IMG/VR virus record: IMGVR_UViG_2526164600_000002
Source of the DNA: a virus
Lineage: Duplodnaviria > Heunggongvirae > Uroviricota > Caudoviricetes
Reading direction: 5' to 3' (one strand)
DNA: 50,850 nt
Shown piece after piece: positions 36,146 through 45,037 of this stretch. The translations under genes were made by a program, and so were the position numbers. Below the pieces are notes generated by a model. It was not told the DNA's origin. It did not search any database and saw only the letters and a list, made by a program, of their open reading frames with translations. Every line of letters begins with the position of its first letter. Position 1 is the stretch's first letter.

Positions 36146-36424
36146 TTACCTCCAGATCCGTTGCTGGAAAGTGCGGGACGCACGTGGTGGGCGTTCGGAA
36201 TAAGGCAGCCTGACAGAGATTATCCAGTGCCGATAGTCGAGACTGAGAGCTTTCTTAACCTCGAACCCGCGCCTGCGGTAAGAATGAATCAGCCATTCGG
36301 CCTGTTCTGCAGTGCATGGAGGGTGCTGGAACCATTCAGACTTGAATGCGTGAGAATACCGCCCGTGCGTGCAGGCAAGAACGGGCGAATTATCAGAATT
36401 GTAATATTTTGCGTTGCGTGCCAT
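36146..36424 (-). CDS. Hypothetical protein, 92 aa, overlapping the 5' end of ydfU
   Basis: ORF track only. Confidence 0.3.
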   Translation of the reverse strand: MARNAKYYNSDNSPVLACTHGRYSHAFKSEWFQHPPCTAEQAEWLIHSYRRRGFEVKKALSLDYRHWIISVRLPYSERPPRASRTFQQRIWR

Positions 36425-36490
36425 CGGTTTTCTCCGGTGGCACGGTGTTACTCAGCGGGAGTTCAGCCCCGCGCAAGATTGTAGATGAGT

Positions 36491-36742
36491 TTATTCTCCT
36501 GAAAAAGCAGAAAAGCCAGCTTTTATTCCGATCTCTTTCAATGCCTGTAATGAAGTGACAAACTCACCTTCGCGCAAGATAAATCCGTCCGTGACCCGAG
36601 CATCCACAAAATTAATTAACGCAGCCCCATTCTTTCGCAAACACATAATGCGGTAATGACTAACAAGATTTCCATTTTCAACGCACACAGCATAGAGGCC
36701 ATCTTCACAAAAAATTTTACGCAGTTCTTCGATGTTCATCAT
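36491..36742 (-). CDS. rem: Rem-like small protein (83 aa)
   Basis: ORF track; length and position match rem of Qin (between ydfU and hokD). Confidence 0.5.
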   Translation of the reverse strand: MMNIEELRKIFCEDGLYAVCVENGNLVSHYRIMCLRKNGAALINFVDARVTDGFILREGEFVTSLQALKEIGIKAGFSAFSGE

Positions 36743-36857
36743 CAGAATCCTTCCGGATAATTAGCTCTCCCCTTTAAGGGACCATCCCTCTTATCCCTGC
36801 GCGCTACTTAAGTATTTTTGATTCTATTCCGGCACCGTCCAGAACTTCAAACGCGTT

Positions 36858-36890
36858 GAAAATAAAAACAAAAACCCGCCGAAGCGGGTT
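36858..36890 (-). terminator. Rho-independent terminator at 3' end of hokD mRNA (hairpin AACCCGC/GCGGGTT plus T-run on minus strand)
   Basis: Inverted repeat 36873-36890 preceded by A-rich run on plus strand. Confidence 0.5.
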
Positions 36891-36958
36891 AAGTGCGGGT
36901 GCGTTGAGGATGCCTGCCACATCAGAGGTGGCGAGGGATTTCTCCCCCGCCGGGTCTC

Positions 36959-37114
36959 TTACTCCTCAGGTTCGTAAGCTGTGAAGACAGCGACCTCCGT
37001 CTGGCCGGTTCGGATTCGTACCTCGCAGAGGTCTTTCCTCGTTACCAGTGCCGTCACTATGACGGTTAAACAGATGACGATCAGGGCGATTAACATCGCC
37101 TTTTGCTGCTTCAT
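36959..37114 (-). CDS. hokD: Hok-family type I toxin HokD (RelF), 51 aa
   Basis: Manual translation MKQQKAMLIALIVICLTVIVTALVTRKDLCEVRIRTGQTEVAVFTAYEPEE; below the 60-aa ORF-track cutoff. Confidence 0.85.
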   Translation of the reverse strand: MKQQKAMLIALIVICLTVIVTALVTRKDLCEVRIRTGQTEVAVFTAYEPEE

Positions 37115-37185
37115 AGCCTGCTTCTCCTGTCAACGCAAAGCAGAAGTGTCACCTTCGGTGCGAAACAGAGATGTCATGCTTTGGT

Positions 37186-37473
37186 TCAGAGAATGCGTTT
37201 GACCGCCTCGCTATATACTTCCGAGCGTTCTCTTTTCCCAACAGAAATCACGAAAACGACAACTTTCTCGTCTATAACCTGGTATACAAGGCGATAGCCT
37301 GAAGACCGGAGCTTAATCTTGTAACAATCAGGCATACCACGGAGCTTGTTTGCTTCAATCCGGGGTGACTCAAGTACTTCAACCAGCTTCTTTTTCAACT
37401 GTTCACGTACCGTCGAGCCCAGCTTTCGCCATTCCTTTAGTGCCCGCTCGTCAAAATCCAGAAAATACGCCAT
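37186..37473 (-). CDS. relE: RelE mRNA interferase toxin
   Basis: ORF track 95 aa. Confidence 0.9.
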   Translation of the reverse strand: MAYFLDFDERALKEWRKLGSTVREQLKKKLVEVLESPRIEANKLRGMPDCYKIKLRSSGYRLVYQVIDEKVVVFVISVGKRERSEVYSEAVKRIL

Positions 37474-37712
37474 CAGAGTTCATCCAGCGTCACACGTACT
37501 GGCTTAGGATTACGAAGCCGTTCTTTCACTATCTCCACAAGTTCAGCATCTTCATCACTCAGGAGTGTCTGTTTGAACGGCAAGCGTTCATTGTCAGCGA
37601 TATACTCGAGCATGAGACGAAGCGCTTCAGAAGGAGTTACACCCATTTTTTCAAGCGCGGCGTAAGAACGCGCTTTAAGTTCATCGTCAATACGCAGGTT
37701 AATGCTACCCAT
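37473..37712 (-). CDS. relB: RelB antitoxin
   Basis: ORF track 79 aa; overlaps relE start. Confidence 0.9.
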   Translation of the reverse strand: MGSINLRIDDELKARSYAALEKMGVTPSEALRLMLEYIADNERLPFKQTLLSDEDAELVEIVKERLRNPKPVRVTLDEL

Positions 37713-37723
37713 GTCTTACACCT

Positions 37724-37749
37724 CTTGTAATTACAAATGTCATTACAAG
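37724..37749 (-). promoter_or_regulatory. relBE operator region with inverted repeats (TTGTAATTACAA and CTTGTAATGACA)
   Basis: Palindromes read directly upstream of the relB RBS. Confidence 0.55.
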
Positions 37750-38042
37750 TATCGCACTACAACATGCTTAGGGCAAGTCACGAAGGAAGTCAGAAAGTAG
37801 TCGTAAGAACGGTGATCACTGTCCGCTTTGTGCCAGGAGCAGCCATTGCTAAGTCCATCCTGTATTGTGCAGGTCAGCTCGTTTTTAAAGAGTCCGGCCA
37901 TCATCTTACTGGTACAGACACCATATACTTTGTGACGGTCAGGCTACATATGCACAACTCAACTTATTCATCTATTTTTTGCTTTAGCATGTCAGTGTTG
38001 CTTTCTCGTCGGCGGGTGAGCGGTGACCTGACCTGTCGATAA
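37737..38042 (+). CDS. Hypothetical protein, 101 aa (position and length of ydfV in Qin)
   Basis: ORF track; no motif; composition not strongly protein-like. Confidence 0.3.
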   Translation: MSLQVSHYNMLRASHEGSQKVVVRTVITVRFVPGAAIAKSILYCAGQLVFKESGHHLTGTDTIYFVTVRLHMHNSTYSSIFCFSMSVLLSRRRVSGDLTCR

Positions 38043-38244
38043 AGGAACGTAACACGTTTTATGCAACACCCGCATGCGGCAGAAAATTATTGCCGAACGT
38101 TTACCCCTGTCAACAAGCTTTACTTTCTGAGGCGCGCCAGCCCGCGAGGAAAACAATCTGAACATCAAACAATTAATGACACAAGAAATACGATTAAAGA
38201 TTTTTTTGTACATGCCGATAGTGCTTTTTTAAAAGGAGAAATCT

Positions 38245-38577
38245 ATGTCTGTCACAATTCAGGGAAATACCTCAACCGTTATTTCAAACAACTCCGCCCC
38301 GGAAGGAACATCAGAAATAGCCAAAATCACAAGACAAATTCAGGTGCTGACTGAAAAGCTTGGGAAAATCTCATCGGAAGAGGGGATGACGACACAGCAG
38401 AAAAAAGAAATGGCTGCATTGGTACAGAAGCAAATTGAAAGCCTCTGGGCTCAACTGGAGCAGTTGTTAAGGCAGCAGGCAGAGAAAAAGAATGAAGACG
38501 CGACAGTTCAGCCTGATAAAAAAGAAGAGAAAAAAGACGATACAAATACCGCTGGCACCATTGATATTTACGTCTAA
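38245..38577 (+). CDS. flxA: FlxA-like protein (110 aa, Gln/Lys/Glu-rich)
   Basis: ORF track; recognised as FlxA of Qin. Confidence 0.8.
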   Translation: MSVTIQGNTSTVISNNSAPEGTSEIAKITRQIQVLTEKLGKISSEEGMTTQQKKEMAALVQKQIESLWAQLEQLLRQQAEKKNEDATVQPDKKEEKKDDTNTAGTIDIYV

Positions 38578-38591
38578 GTGACAGCCGTATT

Positions 38592-38614
38592 GTGGCCCTC
38601 ATCGGGCCACTTTT
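38592..38614 (+). terminator. Rho-independent terminator after flxA (GTGGCCC-TCATC-GGGCCAC then TTTT)
   Basis: Inverted repeat and T-run read directly. Confidence 0.55.
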
Positions 38615-39013
38615 CGCCATCAGCCTTTTCTTTAAAGACATATTATCTTTGTATCATTTCTGATAGTTAACATTACAAGATATAAGTAATGGACGCACTC
38701 CCAATTAGTCTATTTAAATCGCCACGAGTTTAACTGACAACCCATGATCAATTATGAATTGCAACTATTTCTGTAGTCACTTTTGTGGGGACAGTCCACA
38801 AAACTGCCAACTTCCGCTTCTTGCTCTTAGCGGACATTAGCATAGGCTATTTACCATAACGCCTCATTACGCGCACCGCCCAGACTGACTCAGCGCGTTT
38901 CTGGCATATCCCCGGTAAAACAAGTAACAAACCACCCGAAAATGAACACCAGAAACGCGACTTAAGAATCTACCCTATGAATGGATATGCACTCAACCGA
39001 ATCGATCTTGGTT

Positions 39014-40354
39014 TCAATCTTTTTTATCGGGATCAGGCTTCTTTTTAGGTAACTTCGGGGGCTTAACTTGCTGATGACTTTGCGTTCGGCGCGTAAGCCA
39101 GGGATGGTCAGCTTTAGGTTTAACATAGTATTTTGAGCGTAAATCAATACGGGCATTATCCACTCGTTCATGGACACTCTTTTCATCATCCAGTGGTATA
39201 GGCTCCGGGCCATCAACATACTTTTCCCAGCCCAGCGCTTTCCCGTCATACAGAACGTTAATTTCACCGTCAAAGTTCTCGCATACAGTAACAACCGAAT
39301 GCCTAAGTCGATATCCCCGGCTCTCACTGCGTACCTGAAACGCACTGCTTTTGTACTGGAAAGTGAGATTTTTAGACAGAACGCGCTTCGCCTGTAGGCT
39401 GAAGATATAACCCAGTTCCTCTTCAGAATGGTGCACATCAAGATGAGCATTATCAGTAGTACGAGGCGACGTAGCGAACCGGTTGTTATAGGCTTCAATA
39501 AAGGTCGGCAACCATGCATTTGCTGTTTCAATATCACTGATATTCTGAAGCCGCATTTCTTTGACCAGCCTGTCCTGTAGTGTCTGATTGGCGCGCTCTA
39601 CCCGCCCTTTTGCCTGCGGGCTGTTGGCATGGATTGGCTCGATGCCCAGTGTCTTTATCGCACGAGTGAACTGGGTCAGCTCACCTTCCCGCTCTGGGTT
39701 ATTTACCCTGAATATACTGTGTCTATCAGAGTAGAGAGCGAGCGGTACGCCACGATCATTAAGGTAACCCCGGAGGGTTTCCATGTAAGCCCGGGTTGTT
39801 TCAGCAGGCACAAAACGCAACGCCATCAACGCACTGGTGGCATCATCAATGAAAACGATCAGTGTACATCTGGGGCCTCGATTTTCAAACCAGTCATGAG
39901 GTGAGCCATCAATCTGGATCAGTTCACCGTAAGATGGTCGTCGCATGCGGCGTTGATATATACGGGCAATTTTACGACGGCGTTCACGCCATAACCCCTC
40001 TTCTATCATCCACTTTCTGAGAGTTTCAACGGATAAAGATAAACCGTGTATCTCGCGCAATTTTTCGCACGCAAACGTAGGTCCAAAATCAGCGTAACGG
40101 CCTTTGAGGAGTGAAATTACTGTTGCTCTGAATTCAGTAGAAAAGGAATTATTAGGACGCTTTCCACGTCGGTGGGAAACCAGACCAGAAGGCCCTTCAT
40201 TTCTATACCGTTGCACCAGACGTTTAACCTGCCGAATAGAAATGCCAATGCGTGCCGCAGCTTGTTCCTGAGTAATATGTCGATTAATTGACTCCTGAAT
40301 AATCTGAAGTCGGTGGAGTTCCTTATGACTCATCGTAACAGTCTCTTTGATCAT
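39014..40354 (-). CDS. DDE (integrase-core) transposase, IS481-like family (tentative), N-terminal HTH
   Basis: ORF track 446 aa; HTH region ARIGISIRQVKRLVQRYRNEG; DDE-type motifs IQIDGS...YSDRHSIF...PQAKGRVERANQTL. Confidence 0.8.
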   Translation of the reverse strand: MIKETVTMSHKELHRLQIIQESINRHITQEQAAARIGISIRQVKRLVQRYRNEGPSGLVSHRRGKRPNNSFSTEFRATVISLLKGRYADFGPTFACEKLREIHGLSLSVETLRKWMIEEGLWRERRRKIARIYQRRMRRPSYGELIQIDGSPHDWFENRGPRCTLIVFIDDATSALMALRFVPAETTRAYMETLRGYLNDRGVPLALYSDRHSIFRVNNPEREGELTQFTRAIKTLGIEPIHANSPQAKGRVERANQTLQDRLVKEMRLQNISDIETANAWLPTFIEAYNNRFATSPRTTDNAHLDVHHSEEELGYIFSLQAKRVLSKNLTFQYKSSAFQVRSESRGYRLRHSVVTVCENFDGEINVLYDGKALGWEKYVDGPEPIPLDDEKSVHERVDNARIDLRSKYYVKPKADHPWLTRRTQSHQQVKPPKLPKKKPDPDKKD

Positions 40355-40729
40355 GAAAAATCCCCCAGAGAATTGTCTGGGGACATTTTAGAATGGTTCA
40401 AAGGGGACATTACAGCTTGGTGTTAACAATAGCCTGCTTCTCCGTGCCTTTCGGCACGTAAGAGGCTAACCTACATGTGTCTAGCATGAAATTGGCCTCA
40501 GATTAATGTTAAGCGTCTTGCAGGACGCGTAATGTTAACTGGGGCTTTTCTCTATCTGCCGTTGGTGTCCATGCCCGAGGCAGATAGCCTCAAGCACCCG
40601 CAGTCATTCTACTTAACTAAGATTTCCCCGCAAACCGTTTTTGTCCAGCACAGTAAATATCCAACTAAACCAATGGAGTTCGCTGTATTTACCGCCAGTA
40701 TTCAATGCACATGACCGCCATGAACACCC

Positions 40730-40867
40730 CTAAAAAAGGGCATTTATATATCCAAATATTAATATCAAAACATCAACTTTTTCCATATACCTTGCTGTGA
40801 AGATGATGGGCATACATGATGCGAACAACCAGAACGCAACAAACAAAAACTGCAATGCGTTTTTCAT
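40730..40867 (-). CDS. Candidate small hydrophobic protein (about 45 aa) with strong Shine-Dalgarno AGGAGG
   Basis: Manual translation MKNALQFLFVAFWLFASCMPIIFTARYMEKVDVLILIFGYINALF; below ORF-track cutoff. Confidence 0.3.
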   Translation of the reverse strand: MKNALQFLFVAFWLFASCMPIIFTARYMEKVDVLILIFGYINALF

Positions 40868-42018
40868 TATTCCTCCTACAATCAATGTGCAATTACATTT
40901 AAACACACCTCAATTTGGCCGGACATATAAATATCTAAACCAGAAAAAATCACTTACATAGCGTTACAAACTCTTTAGTCTAAAGGTTCATCGTAAAACA
41001 TTCCCCATACTTATCAGTCCGTTCCGCGCCAGGTAGCTCATTGCCTTATCTGGCAACCTGTAATCAGGTTTCCGCTTTTTCAGTTGGCTGGTCGTTTAAC
41101 CGACATAGTTAATCCATTAATCTAGTTGCCGGATGTTGGTGGATTTTCGCGTTTTAGTTGTTCATAAAAGTGCACAGCTTTAACCAGTTCTTCTGATGTA
41201 ACCGGGACTGGTGAGGCAGTGAATAAGGCCTGAATTTGATAGTTCGGCCTGTCGTTACAATCCTCTTTTTTCGGTACATATTTCCAGTCACCAGACCACT
41301 ACTTCCCCTGAAAGTCCGTAACGCTTTTTTCACGTAGCGATATCGCCATGCCACTGGTTTTGCTTGCCCCGCCGTTTCATGCCCTTCCTGATAATTAATC
41401 TCGCTCATTCATCGCCCCACTCATCACAATATGCTTCGACCGGAGTTTTTCCCGCTTCATAGTCATCACGTTAGGATTCGACATCAGCAGCACTTCCACC
41501 GCGTAATTCACCATAGTCCATTAATAGTTCATCCCGCTCTTCAAAACTGATGTTATATTTAGCTGAACAAAAATCAGCCACTTTGTTCTTCCTCATCGTC
41601 TTTTATTTCGTGGTATGAGTAATTGCAGTAGTTAAAGAAAATTTCTTATGCTCCGTCATGAATTTCATCAGGTGTTGCGTCATCGTCCACTTCGAATACA
41701 TCCTCAAAATCTCCACCAGCTATTTCCGTTTCAATAATAATTTTGAACTTTCGCATTTCACTACCGCCCTTTCGGGCGGCCTCCTGATGTTCTGAGGGTG
41801 CAGAAATCCATCCGGTTAAGGATTAAGTTTTATTTACAGAACTGAATTTAATTATTCAGATATACGTATCTGTAACCTTACGAATCTACTCACTGGATGC
41901 CTCTTTCATAAAAATAATCCAGTGGGTTTTATCGTTTTTTCCCTGTTCGTTGACAGATAACAGGCTTTCTATCTGTCAGTGCCAGAATCTGGCTTACCGG
42001 TATTTGCGTTTCATTCCA

Positions 42019-42375
42019 TTAAAAAATCAGAACGCCGTGCGGCCTCAACACCCGAAAAGCTTCTTTAAATCTCTGTCGCAAATCATCACGCCAGGCATCT
42101 TTATTCAGCCGTCCATATTTCTTTCCCATCCAGGCGTTATCACCAACACGCTCAAGATGCGGAGGGTCTAATACAACCATCGAAAAAGATGCGTCTGCAA
42201 ATGATAATGCACGAAAATCTGCGATAATGTCAGGGCTGATAATCAAGCGTCTCCCATTGCGTAATGTGTATCCTTCTTTTCTGATATCGCTGAATATCGC
42301 CCGTTTGTCAGACTTATCGAACCAGAACATGCGGCTGCCACAGCACATATCAAGAATGGTTGCCGGTGCACTCAC
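42019..42375 (-). CDS. Putative SAM-dependent methyltransferase fragment (motif I-like LDMCCGS and motif IV-like DPPH), probably truncated
   Basis: ORF track 118 aa; motifs read from translation; too short for a complete methyltransferase. Confidence 0.45.
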   Translation of the reverse strand: MSAPATILDMCCGSRMFWFDKSDKRAIFSDIRKEGYTLRNGRRLIISPDIIADFRALSFADASFSMVVLDPPHLERVGDNAWMGKKYGRLNKDAWRDDLRQRFKEAFRVLRPHGVLIF

Positions 42376-42794
42376 TGCGCCACGTCCTGAAAATTACCCT
42401 GATAGAAAGCCAGTATGCGCTGCATAACTTCGCTCTTCCGGCACTCGCGACAGATTATGTTTAGGCGACTGTCGTAGCGACGTATTTCTCCGTCAGGTGA
42501 TGACCAGATAAGGTCCGGATCAACCATAGCAGGTTTCTTCACCTTTGCCCTCGAGAGTTTTTTGCGGGCGTTTTGCCAGTCCTTACGCGCCTGTTCAGAG
42601 GGGAATAACCCGTAGCCGGAGTTGTATACATCGCCACTGGCTACCAGCTCTCTGGCAAGAACGCTCATCAGATATCTAGTCGCACCTGTTTTAGCTTCCA
42701 GTTGCCGTAACGTCTCACGGCCGCTCTGGCGCACGAGTTCCACCACCTGCCATTTAATTTTTTCCCGCTCTTCTTGTGTAAAAACTTTTGCCAC
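42372..42794 (-). CDS. Hypothetical protein, 140 aa, downstream of replication gene
   Basis: ORF track; stop overlaps the start of the methyltransferase-like ORF. Confidence 0.45.
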   Translation of the reverse strand: MAKVFTQEEREKIKWQVVELVRQSGRETLRQLEAKTGATRYLMSVLARELVASGDVYNSGYGLFPSEQARKDWQNARKKLSRAKVKKPAMVDPDLIWSSPDGEIRRYDSRLNIICRECRKSEVMQRILAFYQGNFQDVAQ

Positions 42795-42834
42795 AAGTCC
42801 CCCTTAAAATTACCTCATGACCTGAAATCAACAC

Positions 42835-43854
42835 TTATCCTCTGAAACCAGGCGGAATTTCTGTATCCGGTTCAGAAATATGATTAACACAACGCTGTAC
42901 AGGTGAACGTCCCAGGCGGATGACCAGTTCGTCCCATTTTTCGCGGAGCTTTGACGGGCTCATGATGTTTTTTACCCAGAATGGATCTCGCTGAACCCGA
43001 CCAAACATTTCGCAAATTTGTCTGTGGCTTCTGCCATCCAGCATCCGCATTGTGCGCACGTCATTGGCCCAGGCAGTCCAGTTAGGCTCTTTTGGTCGCA
43101 TGATCTCGCCATCATCACTGGCTGCCTGTTCGTAGAGACCCACGATCCGCCCCCAGATCCACTGCGCACACGCCAAATCCTCCCTGCTACCCCACTGGCG
43201 TTTTTTCGCACTAAACACAACCGCGTCGGAGTTCCGGGTTAAAGAATCCTGTTCAGTCGTCTGCGGGTCCGGTTGCGAAGCTTCCGGACGAAAAGTGTTT
43301 TTATTCTCTGTAGTAATCTCTGTTGTATTCTCTGTAAGATCATCAGGCCATTTTGACCCGATGACATTGGGTCGTTTTGAACCAATGGAGCGTTTCATTT
43401 TGACCTCTTCCATCGTGTCATTTTGACCTGATGGAGCGGCGCATTTTGAACCGATGGATTCGCTCAATTTGCCACCATCTAAAAGCTCGCTCCCATAGTT
43501 GATCGTGTAGAAATTGGTCATATCGCGCTTTGATTTATTGAGCTTTTCACAACGCAAAAGCCCCAGCGTTTTCAGACTTGCAAACGCGCGCTTTAACGTT
43601 GACTCTGACCAGAATGGGAACTGTTCCAGCCATTGTTCCGTTGTGTTATAAATCCAGCGAACACCATCACATTCCATGCCGGAGTTGGTATCTCTCAACC
43701 AGTAGTGCAGTTGTTGCAAAACAATGGCTTCGTTTAAGCCAATTTTCATTGCCAGCTGCGTGTTTATAACCAGTGGGCGTTCAGCAAAAAGAAGGCTCAT
43801 AATTCCATCCAGCTTTTTGTTGGTATTGCTGTCGATACGCAAGCTTGAAAGCAA
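42835..43854 (-). CDS. Phage replication initiation protein (lambda O-like replisome organiser) with internal iterons
   Basis: ORF track 339 aa; N-terminal HTH-like region; repeated SIGSK peptide encoded by DNA iterons; position after cro-like gene. Confidence 0.7.
   Translation of the reverse strand: MLSSLRIDSNTNKKLDGIMSLLFAERPLVINTQLAMKIGLNEAIVLQQLHYWLRDTNSGMECDGVRWIYNTTEQWLEQFPFWSESTLKRAFASLKTLGLLRCEKLNKSKRDMTNFYTINYGSELLDGGKLSESIGSKCAAPSGQNDTMEEVKMKRSIGSKRPNVIGSKWPDDLTENTTEITTENKNTFRPEASQPDPQTTEQDSLTRNSDAVVFSAKKRQWGSREDLACAQWIWGRIVGLYEQAASDDGEIMRPKEPNWTAWANDVRTMRMLDGRSHRQICEMFGRVQRDPFWVKNIMSPSKLREKWDELVIRLGRSPVQRCVNHISEPDTEIPPGFRG
43349..43460. repeat. Five directly repeated iterons (consensus CATTTTGA(C/A)C-GATGGAG, about 23-bp period) inside the replication gene; candidate phage origin
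   Basis: Repeats read at about 43349, 43373, 43396, 43419, 43442; AT-rich tract on the 3' side (43290-43340). Confidence 0.7.
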
Positions 43855-44302
43855 TTGCTTTTTCTATAAGTTCGTCAGTTTCACGATCCACTACGGCAGG
43901 ATCAGCAAAAAGCAGTCCGGACTCCACCACATCGCCATATTCTTTGTTTAACCCGGCGATCATGCACGTGATGCTTTTTCCGTCAGTAATTTCACGATAC
44001 AACCTGAAATCACTAATCCGGATAGCCTCCATAATCGCAGGCACTAGCGCCGTGAACTTTTCACGCTTATCCCTGGTGTCGATAGCCTTCCAGCGTTCGA
44101 ATATCTTCACTCGATTAACACCAAGCGCTCGCTGATCAACCGCGCCACCTTCATCTGTGACACGCTGAACATCGATGTTCGGGCGCTCTTTCAAAGCCCA
44201 GAATGCTTCAGTGATTAATATCGTCGCCTGCTCCTGTGTCATTCCTGGTCGACATATCCAGGCATCCAGAGCCTCACGAGCCTGTTCAGGAGTGATTTTC
44301 AT
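43781..44302 (-). CDS. Hypothetical protein, 173 aa, in the cII position (possibly the full-length form of YdfX)
   Basis: ORF track; position between cro-like dicC and the replication gene. Confidence 0.45.
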   Translation of the reverse strand: MKITPEQAREALDAWICRPGMTQEQATILITEAFWALKERPNIDVQRVTDEGGAVDQRALGVNRVKIFERWKAIDTRDKREKFTALVPAIMEAIRISDFRLYREITDGKSITCMIAGLNKEYGDVVESGLLFADPAVVDRETDELIEKAIAFKLAYRQQYQQKAGWNYEPSFC

Positions 44303-44513
44303 TGTTCAACCGCCCCGCCCGCTTCGTCTTACGATATTCATCATAAACTTTGGGATCATACTGAAGCTCCCCGCCAGATGCCTCCTGTAGACGCATCGCG
44401 CGACCTTCAGGAACCAGTATCCCCCAAGCAGCAACACTTGCCAGCCTCACTCCTGCGGCATTGGCAAGCTTTGTTTTGCTGCCAAAAAAAGTAATTGCGT
44501 CAACTTTAAGCAT
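44286..44513 (-). CDS. dicC: Cro-like regulator DicC (start at MLKVD inside ORF 44286..44546)
   Basis: ORF track; recognised sequence; divergent from dicA. Confidence 0.8.
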   Translation of the reverse strand: MLKVDAITFFGSKTKLANAAGVRLASVAAWGILVPEGRAMRLQEASGGELQYDPKVYDEYRKTKRAGRLNNENHS

Positions 44514-44527
44514 CAAAGCCCCCCTCT

Positions 44528-44545
44528 TGTTAGACTTTTCTAACA
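44528..44545. promoter_or_regulatory. Operator-like palindrome TGTTAGA-CTTT-TCTAACA in the dicC/dicA divergent control region
   Basis: Inverted repeat read directly; same half-sites recur downstream of dicA. Confidence 0.55.
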
Positions 44546-44594
44546 TTATTGTGCGCGGGATACCTAAGTCAAGAAAAATTAGAATTACCTAACT

Positions 44595-45002
44595 ATGGAT
44601 ACAAGAACCCTGGGCCAGCGAGTTCTGGCGCGACGAAAAGAATTACGCTTAACACAACGAGAAGCCGCGCGCCTCGCTGGAGTTGCTCACGTCACAATTT
44701 CACAATGGGAAAGAGACGAAACCCAGCCAGTCGGAAAACGATTGTTTGCTTTAGCGGATGCTCTGAAGTGCTCACCTACATGGCTAATGTTTGGTGACGA
44801 AGACAAGGCACCAGTGCCTGCACAAGAACTTCATGTGGAAACAGAGCTAACTCCCAACCACAAAGAATTGATCGAATTATTCGATGCTCTTCCATCTTCC
44901 GAGCAGGAAGCCTTGCTGTCTGAAATGCGCGCAAGAGTAGAAAACTTCAACAAACTCTTCGAAGAAATGCTTAAAGCGCGTAAAAATAAATCAATAAAAT
45001 AA
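44595..45002 (+). CDS. dicA: Repressor DicA (cI/C2-like HTH)
   Basis: ORF track 135 aa; HTH region LRLTQREAARLAGVAHVTISQWE. Confidence 0.9.
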   Translation: MDTRTLGQRVLARRKELRLTQREAARLAGVAHVTISQWERDETQPVGKRLFALADALKCSPTWLMFGDEDKAPVPAQELHVETELTPNHKELIELFDALPSSEQEALLSEMRARVENFNKLFEEMLKARKNKSIK

Positions 45003-45037
45003 CATTCTTTTCAAGTGATTAGTTGCGCCCACCCTTT

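Noticed and set aside
36981-37202. 73-aa plus-strand ORF
   Set aside because: Antisense reading of hokD; the real gene is the 51-aa Hok on the minus strand
38962-39537. 191-aa minus-strand ORF
   Set aside because: Overlaps the transposase gene in another frame; no independent support
41154-41408. 84-aa minus-strand ORF
   Set aside because: Not protein-like in composition; neighbouring frames contain more plausible fragments, so the region is treated as decayed rather than as this ORF
43349-43460. Possible CRISPR-like array (regularly spaced short repeats)
   Set aside because: Repeats are about 19 bp with a 23-bp period, lie inside a replication gene and lack CRISPR repeat-spacer structure; interpreted as origin iterons
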